A stretch of DNA of 64,000 bases from Desulfatiglandales bacterium (GTDB lineage Bacteria; Desulfobacterota; DSM-4660; Desulfatiglandales; Desulfatiglandaceae): assembly GCA_963662465.1 (NCBI GenBank), contig OY759599.1:256001-320000 (forward strand), in the 5' to 3' direction. Of the stretch, positions 32,966-42,116 are shown one piece after another. Position numbers and translations under genes: made by a program. Within the stretch, counting starts at the first letter, position 1, and each line of letters opens with the position of its first letter. Under the pieces are notes generated by a model. That model worked only from the letters and a program-made list of their open reading frames with translations, had not been told where the DNA came from and searched no databases.

Positions 32966-33760
32966 ACCGGATAGGTCGGAGGCCTTACGGCCTCCTTCCC
33001 TACACGGCTCAAGCCTCCGGTAAGGTTTCCCTGGTGGGGATTCCCGCAGATTTGCATCTGCTTCACGTTACAAGCCGGCTGTCAGAATAGCCAAAGGCAC
33101 ACGGGGCGCACCAGCCTCAAGGGCCGTCATTCGCCCGTTTCACTGGCTGCTTTCCCCGCTTTCATCTGATTCCTCCGGTGTTCACGTGATCGGACACCGC
33201 GATGAACGTCTGCCTCCTTACGGAGCCGGGAATGTTTCACCCGGTATCCGAACCATTACAGCCCGGCATTCGCTTTTTTCAGTCTCCTACTCCGGCCCGC
33301 CAACAGCATGCCTTACGGTTAGCCTGCCCCCAAAAGGGGCGACGGGACCGGGTTTCCATGTTCCACATAGTTGATCCAATGGATGACTTAGGTGCGCCCT
33401 CTACGCCGGTGGTACAACAGTTCCGTGCAGGCAGTTGACAGACCTGCAACCTGACCACATCCGCTGACACTGGGCAGCGGCATAAGACCTGTTAATCCTC
33501 GTAGGCCCTTCGCTTGTGATCGACGCTTAAAGACATTCAGATACCTTCACCATATCATCCGACCCTGGCCCTTAACCGGGGAGGATTCCCGGAGGGGTTC
33601 TCCTGTCGCCATTCAAACCCAATTCGGTACGTTGTCCGCAGGGCTTCACACCCCGTCATCAGCGCAACGGCAGCATGCCTGCGTAGGGTCCGGTAGGAAC
33701 ATACCGGGTACTACATGTAACTACATGAATACACTCAAACTATGCGACTTCGTGTCGCAA
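32966..33760 (-). ncRNA. ORF-less group II intron (relative of the 35583-38147 intron), D5 partly deleted
   Basis: 5' end TTGCGACACGAAGTCGC; shares GCAGCCAGTGAAACGGGCGAATGACGG (RT start region) with the other intron; 3' end GAGCCGTG|TAGGG..GGAGGCCGTAAGGCCTCC..CCTATCCGGT. Confidence 0.8.
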
Positions 33761-33845
33761 GCCAACGTTAAGCTCACCAGCGCTTCCTCCGGCCCCCGCT
33801 AGGACCGCAGGACTATCAGGCGTCTGGTGCAGCGCTTGGTTCGCG
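33760..33845 (-). other. Integron attC site
   Basis: Minus strand CGCGAAC-CAAGC-GCTGCAC...GTGAGC-TTAAC-GTTGGC; L'' carries the extra G. Confidence 0.85.
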
Positions 33846-34096
33846 ATTCCAGCGGCTAATTGGAATAACGCAGATTTTGGCCCTAAAAACGGAAATATAG
33901 CCCCAAAAAGGAGCAATATTTAGAAACAAACTCTTATATTTTTAGTCAGTTAGCTTGGCCCGACCCCATTTGCACCCCCAATGCTACGGTTCCTTAAAGG
34001 CATGTTTTTGGGGGCGAAAAAAAGTTTTCAAGGTCCAAAACCACCCTATTCCTATCACTAAAACACTGAATGCATTGTTGTATTCTCGGTCCGACC

Positions 34097-35290
34097 CTAG
34101 CCCGCATTGCCTTTGGACCCGGCAAGAACATCAGTCAGCTTTCCCAACCCCCATTCCAAGCTGTACTTGTTGCCGTGCCGCTCCCAGGCCTTGAGACATA
34201 CCAAAAAGACGGTGACCGCCGCCAACCCCAGGACAAATGAGGGAATGGCGCCCATCAAGTCGAATTCCGGATGCCGCCCAGTAAAGAGATACATGATCCA
34301 TAGCGGCAGGGCGATTAGGGGGTAATGTATAAAATAAACGGTTAATGAATGTCTGCTCATGCGCTTAAACCAGGCAGCAAATACCCCGGTTCCGGGAACA
34401 GGGTCTCTTCCATCGTAGTAATAGTACAACAAGGTAAACACTATCAGGGCTTGCCCCACCTGTAGGTAAACCATGGTGTTGGAATCGGGAAAGAGACTGA
34501 AAGGCGAGATGTAATCTGTTATGTGAGACGATTCGGCCCGCAAAAGGCTGGCATAACCGGCGGCAAACGAAAGAAAGATCAGAACAAACCCGATAACCAA
34601 CAGAAAAGGGAGATCTCGTTTCATCTGATTGGCTACGATACGCCGTCCGATCACTAAACCGAACAGGGGAAAGACAAGCCAGGGAAAAACGGGGAAAAAT
34701 CCCGTTAAAAAAAAGCCCCTTATCATTTTAGAAAACCGCCAACTGGGTTCATATTCGCCTGCAGGCTCCACCAGGATGCCTGGAAGGTATTCGGAAATGA
34801 CGGGTGTTTGAATGAATTGTCCTCCCCAGTCGGTCGCAAAATCCACAAAGCCCCGAAGCCAAGGCGACATGAAGACAATTGCTGCGGCCAGAAGGAGAAG
34901 CAGCCATGAAGGTAAAAACCGGCAGAAGTGAAGGACAATGTAGGCTGAACCGATCAGGGTCAAAACGTCCCAGTTCCACACGTTTTTCGGTCCCCAGGCG
35001 AGAACGTTCATCAGGAGTCCGGCAGTAAACACGTATGCGCCGCGAAGAAAGGCCTTCTTCATCAGGTTGTCTTCACCCATCCCTTTTCTTCGTTCGCTGG
35101 AAACCGCCTGACTCACCCCTACCAGCAATAGAAACCAGACCGCACCGAAATCGCCAAGGGCATGGTCCATAATGAAATAAAGCGGATTTTCCGCAGCCTG
35201 AGCATTTCCGTACTCAAGCATATAGTGGCAGATGACCATTCCCGTTAGGGAAAAACCTCTCAGTACATCAATGGATACAATACGCTGCAT
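34097..35290 (-). CDS. Cassette gene: DUF1624/HGSNAT-like membrane protein
   Basis: RIVSIDVLRG, DVLTLIG, FPVFPW and SLTVYFIH motifs; multi-TM. Confidence 0.8.
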   Translation of the reverse strand: MQRIVSIDVLRGFSLTGMVICHYMLEYGNAQAAENPLYFIMDHALGDFGAVWFLLLVGVSQAVSSERRKGMGEDNLMKKAFLRGAYVFTAGLLMNVLAWGPKNVWNWDVLTLIGSAYIVLHFCRFLPSWLLLLLAAAIVFMSPWLRGFVDFATDWGGQFIQTPVISEYLPGILVEPAGEYEPSWRFSKMIRGFFLTGFFPVFPWLVFPLFGLVIGRRIVANQMKRDLPFLLVIGFVLIFLSFAAGYASLLRAESSHITDYISPFSLFPDSNTMVYLQVGQALIVFTLLYYYYDGRDPVPGTGVFAAWFKRMSRHSLTVYFIHYPLIALPLWIMYLFTGRHPEFDLMGAIPSFVLGLAAVTVFLVCLKAWERHGNKYSLEWGLGKLTDVLAGSKGNAG

Positions 35291-35655
35291 GGCTCCTCAT
35301 TTTCAATACACTGAAATTATTCGAATCATCCTTACAGATATGCGTTTCCGGAAAATATAGAAAAAATCCGATCGGGTCCATAAGCATTTTTGAGCTCTGT
35401 CAACAGATGAAAATCGCACAGAATTTCTTTCAGTCAATCATCGTCAAACGATTGGATCTTTTGCCTCATTGGCAGAAAACGACATTCAGATGTTTTGGGT
35501 TCCGAAAAAACACATTGGCTCCAATGAAAAAAACGCAAGCAATTAGATCCAATCACGACTTGCGCGGCCTTTTCCGTTATGGGTCGAGTAGCCAGGGGAT
35601 GTTGCCATCCCCCAGCCCTCTAAGAACCGTGCGTGCGCCGTTAAACGCACACGGC

Positions 35656-37513
35656 TCAAGCATTCCAAAGGCAAGCCCTTTCGGGGCTACCCGGTTGTGA
35701 CGTTTTATGCTCTTTACGCCTGTCTGCCTTCTGCTGACTGCGTTGGGCATATTGTTTCCTGAAATATTGTTCATATTTCGGATCGAAGGGGTTCGCATCC
35801 CCTCGAATTTTGACATGGCGTTTTATCTTGACGTCGTAAGCCTTCTCAAGTTCAATTCTGGCGGATTTCGCATAGCCGTCCTTGATCACCGCTGAAAAGG
35901 ACCACGGGCGAGATCCTTTTGACCAGTATTTATCCACCAGCCAACTCTTACTCTTGCCCGAATGTTTCCTCCTCATCCATTGCCAAATATAGCTGTAGAT
36001 ACGGTGATCTACAAGCCCGAAAGTTCTACCGGAAACCACATGCCTGTGGTAATTGGCCCACCCCCTGATTTTGGGATTGAGTACTTTAATCAGAATGTCG
36101 GCTCTTGATGCCGCATGCTTTCGGATTGTTTTCCGGATATTGCCTAAAAAGGCTTTCACGTTTTTGCGAGAGGGCTTTATCAAAAGTTTTCCTCCGTATT
36201 TGCGTGAACTTTGTCCGAGAAAATCAAATCCTTCTTCTATCCTTGTGATCAACGTCTTTTCCGCTGAAAGCGAAAGACCTCTTCGCTCCATAAATGCTTC
36301 AATTTCCAGCTTGATCTCATTTAGCATCTCTCTGGAATTCCCGGTGATGATAAAATCATCAGCGTAGCGGATTACGTTTATCTTGGACCGTATATTTCCC
36401 TGAATTCTTATCGGGGCGGTGCTTTTGGCTGCCGCTTCCAGACCATCCAGGACCATATTAGCCAATGTTGGAGAGATAATCCCGCCTTATGCAAAGAAAG
36501 TAATTATGCAAAGTAAACCGTAAAAGCCATAATAATTCAAGAGATTCTTGTTGATTTGCTTAGCATAATCTCCACTTATGGTGAATGAGAAAAAGTTCAA
36601 AAAATCATTAGACAAAACAAAGGAGCTATTTTTATCCAAAACAAACGAAGAATGCTGCATCATTTACTTGGCTTTCAAGTCTGAAGTAGTCGTGATATTA
36701 TGCAAAGTAAATTCAGTGCATATGCTTGAAATATTGCACCTTAACTGATTTACTTTGCATAATCGTTAACTTTGCATAAGGCGGGTTATGCAAAGCTTTG
36801 CATAACCCGCCTTGCGGGGTTCCTCTGTATGTCGGATAGAGCTTGCCTCCTTCTACATACCCGGCTTTCAGGCATTTCTGAAGCGTCCGTTTATCCATCG
36901 GGATATTTTCGAGTATCCATTGATGGCTGATTTCATCAAAACAGGCCTTTATATCTCCCTCCAGAATCCATACGGGTGAGTAGCGCTTGGCCAGAGAAAT
37001 AAAACACTGACCGATGGCATTCGCACATCCCCGATAGGGTCTGAACCCGTAAGAGTTCGGATCGGCGGTGGTTTCCGCCACCGGATCAAGCGCCAATTTG
37101 TACAATGCCTGCATGGCTCTGTCCTTCATTGTGGGAATGCCCAATGGGCGTTTCTTGCCGTTTTTCTTGGGTATGTAAATTCGGCGCAGCGGTTTGGGTC
37201 GGTAGGCTCTTCGGCGCAGGTCGTTTACCGCTTGCATTTTGTCAATGTGGGTGGACCATATGACTTTATCCACTCCCGGTGTGCGTTTACCCCGGTTGGA
37301 AGTAACGCGCTTGATAGCCAACAACTTGGCATAAAACGAATGAGTCAAAAGCCACTGTATCACCTTGACTTTTCCCCATCGCTTTTCCTTCACAGCTTTT
37401 GCGATACGCACCTGCAGTCTTCTAACATGCTCCCCGGCGGTTTTCCAGTTTATGGATTTCCACCAGTTTGTTCCGTCCAAAGGTGCACCAGTCGCCAGAA
37501 CGGCCACCGTCAT
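35656..37513 (-). pseudogene. Group II intron reverse transcriptase/maturase, split at GTPQGG|IISP
   Basis: KRPLGIPT..DRAMQ, SYGFRP, GDIKACFD, GTPQGG | IISPTLAN, RYADDF, FDFLG and LNPKIRGWANY; no obvious HNH domain. Confidence 0.93.
36487..36779. mobile_element. 293-bp non-autonomous RIT-like mini-element
   Basis: Ends TTATGCAAAG-N7-TTATGCAAAGTAAA and TTTACTTTGCATAA-N7-CTTTGCATAA; no recombinase-sized ORF. Confidence 0.85.
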
Positions 37514-38147
37514 TCGCCCGTTTCACTGGCTGCTTTCCCCTGTTTGAAGATTCTACAGATTATCTCGCAATGGAACACCGGTCAGAAGTCTGCTCTCTTT
37601 CGAGCCGGATCATGTCGGTGATTACCATCAATCCGTATCCCCATCATTACAACGAGGCATTCGCTTTTTCTGACATCCTTTACCCGCAACCCCATGGGCT
37701 CACCTTGCGGTTCGCTTTCCCCGTGGGGAGGGTTAACGGGCTTACCATGTTCCGCGTAAGTACCCGAGCAGGTTAGGTTCCGCCCTTACGCCGGTGGCAC
37801 GACATCTGCGACGGAGGAGTTCGCAGCCTCCGTTCCTGGCCACGTACCTTTTGGTCCAAGCCTTTCAGCATCTTAGGCTTGTTCTCGTGACGACGCTGCA
37901 GTGATTCACATGTGTTAACCGTACTGCTCAATTCTAGCTCCCTCACCGCATGATGCTTGCAGAGTTGAGGTCCCCTCGCGGTTCCCTCTCCCGGAAAATT
38001 CCGCGGGCTTCATTGTCCCGAGAGCTTCACATCCCCGGATTACTCCGGACGCATGTCCCGGTAGAATACCTGTTGCAGAAAACAGGGTTTTGTTGTATGG
38101 TTTATATTGATATATAAAACAGATACTTACGCGACATCACGTCGCAC

Positions 38148-38229
38148 GCGAACGATAAGCTCACCAGCGCCTTGCACCGGCCCCCGCAAGGACCGCAGAA
38201 CTTTCAGGCGTCTGGTGCAGCGTTTTGTT
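38148..38229 (-). other. Integron attC site with introns at both ends
   Basis: Minus strand AAC-AAAAC-GCTGCAC...GTGAGC-TTATC-GTTCGC; R'' is restored to TGCCAAC once 38230-39056 is removed. Confidence 0.88.
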
Positions 38230-39056
38230 GTGTGCCGGGCACGGCACGTGTTCTTAAGGGTGCGCGCAATGTACCATGCTTCCGATATTTTACGCAAGTC
38301 CCAGACCCAGCCAGGTAGTGGCGAAGGGTGTAGCGGTATCACAACCGGGTACCCGGTAACGGGCCTGGAGAGGCAGTGGCCTTGCCGCGGCAGGGCACCG
38401 CAAACGCACGGGGCGACGAACAGAAATCGAGTGAGGCGGGTCTGGTGGGACGAGTTCGCAACACAGAACAAAGTCCTCTAACTACTATAGGCCAGGCACG
38501 TTGTCGGCGCTCGTGTGCGGAAAGACACGTGTTTACCCCGGGAGGCCCGTTGCGTCTCGTAGGGAGCTGCAACTGAAATCTACCGGAATATAAGGGAAAA
38601 CCGGTAAAACAAAACCCTGGCGTCAGGAACATTTCGAGTCAGAGCCCTGACGAGCCCGGCCTATTGGTCGGGAAACACAAACAAATGGACTCGACAGATT
38701 GCGGAAACTACGAGTGAGCGAACCGCAAGGGGAGCCCACCGCGTAACGGGAGTCAGCAGAGGGCATATTAAGCCGGAGAAACGAGCCCTGAATAAAGGGA
38801 GGCCTCACTCCGGTGAAGGCCCGGACTGTGCCACCTGCCGAATGGCAGGGGTAAATGGTTGTGTTTGTCAAAGAACGTGTACTTATTGGTCTAATGCAGC
38901 AGTAGCTGAAAGGTCGATAACGTCGCATTCTGGAAAACCCGGTAGGGCGGAACCTGTTTTATCCGTGCCTGCTCTGACCAGCCGAATCGCCGTATACGGA
39001 CCCGTATGTACGGTGGTGTGGGAGGGGGGAGCTGTGAGGCTCCTCCCTATCCCTAT
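38230..39056 (+). ncRNA. ORF-less group IIC intron in the attC bottom strand
   Basis: 5' end GTGTGCCGGGCACGGCAC; short D5 with CGC triad (CGCCGTATACGGACCCGTATGTACGGTG); D6 ends CCCTAT; no RT ORF. Confidence 0.88.
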
Positions 39057-39357
39057 GGCAGCCCATAGTTCAGGTAATAGCACGGAATTACGGAGGAAAT
39101 ATCTTGGCACTTTGCCTCATAGATGAAGTCTTATTTCCTCTGCAGATTTCGTCTATGCCTGTCACATTCCGCAAAATGTCATAGGGAAAAACAGCTTTGC
39201 ACAACTCCCCTTTGAAAATAATTTTATTCCCTATTCGTAATTCCCATCACTTTAAATTACCCTTCTGACCTCTTCATTTGCCTTCGGATATACTGCTCCC
39301 GTGCGCCAGTCAACAAGAAGCTCAACAGTTCGGTTCTGCAGTCAGAGGAACGTATGG

Positions 39358-39792
39358 TTAGGTGATTTGATTTACACATTTTTCTGCATTCTCAATAAGT
39401 GTAGGAATATTCGGTTTATTGAAACCCATTTCTGGTGCAGGAATTCGGTTATGTTTAATATCGGGTGGAATATGTTTATGATGGGGGTATGAACTTTTCA
39501 GAACAGGATCATTCGGATGAGGCTGAGAATCATACCAGTATAGCTTTTCTTCATCTTTCCATACCTCATAGCCGTACCATTCTATAGTAAGCGGTAAACG
39601 ATCATACAAGAGTCGTTCCCTCACGATAATTCGGACGGAACCGTCAAAATACAATTCACCTGCTACTCTCGCGAGTGTTGCCCCCACCCGGACGAAAGTT
39701 ACGGTCGAATGGCGTACAACGGGGAACTGTTCAGTAATCGTGTACAAAAACAGTTCATAATCTTCCGGTGAGCGAAGCGGATTTTCCTGCAT
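39358..39792 (-). CDS. Cassette gene: DUF6516/TumE-like toxin
   Basis: YGY..WYDSQPHP...SYPHHKH motif; overlaps its upstream partner. Confidence 0.7.
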   Translation of the reverse strand: MQENPLRSPEDYELFLYTITEQFPVVRHSTVTFVRVGATLARVAGELYFDGSVRIIVRERLLYDRLPLTIEWYGYEVWKDEEKLYWYDSQPHPNDPVLKSSYPHHKHIPPDIKHNRIPAPEMGFNKPNIPTLIENAEKCVNQIT

Positions 39793-40057
39793 AGGATACC
39801 TTTATCAGTCCTTTTAGACCCGATGATGATTGGCGGATACGCTGAATCTCATTCCGGTATTCTGCCTGCCGGAAAAGCCATGTCCGGTAGATGCTTGCCC
39901 ATTCACCAAAATCCAGAACCCAATTGTCATCTTCAGGTTCTTCACCCTCAATATATGCAGCATACAGGGTTTCAGAGCGAATACCGTATTTGCGCTCAAA
40001 ATTTAGGAGTTCCGTTTCAAGAGCATGAATATCAGTCAGAGTATCATATAAATTCAT
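39755..40057 (-). CDS. Cassette gene: TumA-like antitoxin
   Basis: L..FERKYG..SE..Y....G......DF.EW pattern. Confidence 0.65.
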   Translation of the reverse strand: MNLYDTLTDIHALETELLNFERKYGIRSETLYAAYIEGEEPEDDNWVLDFGEWASIYRTWLFRQAEYRNEIQRIRQSSSGLKGLIKVSYAGKSASLTGRL

Positions 40058-40434
40058 TGTTTTTCCTCATCAATTGGCTGGTCGCCCTCGAACCCTGTTA
40101 ATCGCTCGGCATCATATTAGAAAATGACGTAGCGCCTTGCGTCAAAGATAACGCCTTATTTTCTTTGCAAAGTTGGCTCGGATTTCCCACTCTCGCACAA
40201 TTTTACAAGATCATAAGGATTTTGAATAGTTCCCCCAATAGTTATCATACGTCAGGCGGAGCATTCAACCAAAAACCGTATGGAAACAATGCAAATCACA
40301 CTGAATTACATAGGAAATAGGGCAAAGCTTTAGCACATAGATGATGCCTCCCATCACATATGGATGTTTCCCATCACTTTCGGCTACCCACCAAACCTCT
40401 TCATACCTATTCGCAGTTGCTCCTCACGTCCGCA

Positions 40435-40559
40435 CGCCAACATTGAGTTAAGCTGTAATTTTTCGGCCCAAAAATTGCCGCCCTCCCAACGTGAAAAACG
40501 GCGACAAACTCTCAAATGCAATTTTTGGGACGAAAAATATCAGTCTTGAACCATTGGTT
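40435..40559 (-). other. Integron attC site (longer type)
   Basis: Minus strand AAC-CAATG-GTTCAAG...CTTAAC-TCAAT-GTTGGCG, with an internal hairpin ATTTTTCGGCCCAAAAATTGC / GCAATTTTTGGGACGAAAAAT. Confidence 0.8.
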
Positions 40560-40938
40560 GTGTGCCGGGCACGGCACGTGTTCTTAAGGGTGCGCGTAAT
40601 GTATCATGCTTCCGATATGTTACGCAAGTCCCAGACCCAGCCAGGTAGTGGCGAAGGGTGTAGCGGTGTATCACAACCGGGTACCCGGTAACGGGCCTGG
40701 AGAGGCAGTGGCCTTGCTGCGGCAGGGCACCGCAAACGCACGGGGCGACGAACAGAAATCGAGTGAGGCGGGTTTGGTGGGACGAGTTCGCAACACAGAA
40801 CAAAGTCCTCTAACTACTATAGGCCAGGCACGTTGTCGGCGCTCGTGTGCGGAAAGACACGTGTTTACCCCGGGAGGCCCGTTGCGTCTCGTAGGGAACT
40901 GCAACTGAAATCTACCGGAATATAAGGGAAAACCGGTA
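40560..40938 (+). ncRNA. 5' fragment of the same IIC intron
   Basis: Near-identical to 38230-38606; inserted after GGTT of the attC; lacks D5/D6. Confidence 0.88.
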
Positions 40939-41171
40939 TCCTTCATTTTCCAGTTTACACTTTTGTCCCCATGCATTTCGTTTCCAAACATGAAACTCCC
41001 CCCAGAGACAAGGCATGCCTTGTCTCTACAGCAGCTGCGTGCGTTTGTACAACCTGCTTTTGTGTTCGATGAGAATGTACCGGCCAAAATCCCCGTACAA
41101 ACACCCCGCCGTCAAGTAAAAACCCCTTTTTCTCTTCGCTGTCGTTTTTTCCTTTTACGACCTCTTTTTAT

Positions 41172-41256
41172 TTCTCGCGCCAAGACGCCAAGACGTCAAG
41201 ACGCAAAGTTTTTAAAACATAGTCTTTTTCTTTGCGCCTTTGCGTCTTTGCGCGAG
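41172..41256. repeat. Palindromic element made of 8-mer units
   Basis: TCTCGCGCCAAGACGCCAAGACG... pairs with CTTTGCGCCTTTGCGTCTTTGCGCGAGA. Confidence 0.6.
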
Positions 41257-41269
41257 ATTATTTTTTAGT

Positions 41270-42088
41270 CTACGGACGATGAGCCATCTCCGCTAGTTTA
41301 ACAGCGAGACGCCGAACTGCCGCCATATAATCTGAAAACCCTCGGGCTAGGATGTCATTATGGTTGGCGCCGGGGATTTTAAGCAGTGTTTTATCAGGGG
41401 CGGGGCAGGCATCAAACAGGGCTTGTCCGTCGGAAAAGGGAATGATGTGGTCATGCTCCGCGTGAATGATCAGGGTGGGTTTTGAAAAGGTCTTTATTTT
41501 TGATACGTTTTTAAAGCCCACCCCCTCATCCAACCCTATGGCCCCGGAATTGATGCCCAGAAGGCGAAGAAGTGGACCGGCAAAGGCAAACCCGCTTTCA
41601 ATGATCAGACCGTCCATCTGATCTTCGTAGTGAAACGCAAGTTCGAGGGCTGATGCACTGCCCAGAGATCTTCCCATGATGATCAAAGGGCCTGTATGAC
41701 CGGTGGCGGCACGCTGTTCCTTCACGAAGTGAAAAATCCGGTGGCAGTCCCGCATCATGGTGGTAACGGTGGGTTGCCCCGTTGACCGTCCGTAGCCCCG
41801 ATAATCAACAGGCAGAAAGTTGATGCCGTTATGGTTGTAGAAAGTCGCTATTTCATCATAGTCCGACACGATTTCGCCATTCCCGTGAAAAAAAAGGATT
41901 GTAGGTGCGTTTTTTGCGCACAGATGTGCCCTGGCGCCCACCACGATGTGATCTTCGACGGGAATGAGAATGTCTTCTCCGCCATTTTGATCTCCGGCGT
42001 TGTTCCATCCTTGTCTCGGGTGAAAGAGATGCATGAGGATCTCCGGATGATCCAACCCTGAGTAATCGGTTTCAATATTTTTTTTCAT
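41270..42088 (-). CDS. Alpha/beta hydrolase
   Basis: FFHGNGE, DYRGYG, GRSLG, HAEHD and GANHND motifs. Confidence 0.9.
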   Translation of the reverse strand: MKKNIETDYSGLDHPEILMHLFHPRQGWNNAGDQNGGEDILIPVEDHIVVGARAHLCAKNAPTILFFHGNGEIVSDYDEIATFYNHNGINFLPVDYRGYGRSTGQPTVTTMMRDCHRIFHFVKEQRAATGHTGPLIIMGRSLGSASALELAFHYEDQMDGLIIESGFAFAGPLLRLLGINSGAIGLDEGVGFKNVSKIKTFSKPTLIIHAEHDHIIPFSDGQALFDACPAPDKTLLKIPGANHNDILARGFSDYMAAVRRLAVKLAEMAHRP

Positions 42089-42116
42089 GGAAAACCTCTC
42101 CTTGAAAGTTTAGGCC

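Larger units (their letters stand above)
35583..38147 (-). mobile_element. Group II intron (IIB/CL-like) with an interrupted RT
   Basis: 5' end GTGCGACGTGATGTCGC; D5 AGCCGTGTGCGTTTAACGGCGCACGCACGGTT; D6 ends CTACTCGAC. Confidence 0.92.

Noticed and set aside
35656..37513. RT as a retron, DGR or defence RT
   Set aside because: It has a maturase domain and is bounded by GTGCG and D5/D6, so it is a group II intron RT.
21700..38229. Repeated ~85-bp unit as a CRISPR repeat
   Set aside because: Copies are kilobases apart with attC architecture; no spacers or cas genes.
38107..40908. Duplicated short ORFs around 38.1-38.6 kb and 40.5-40.9 kb
   Set aside because: Spurious frames over the duplicated intron RNA.
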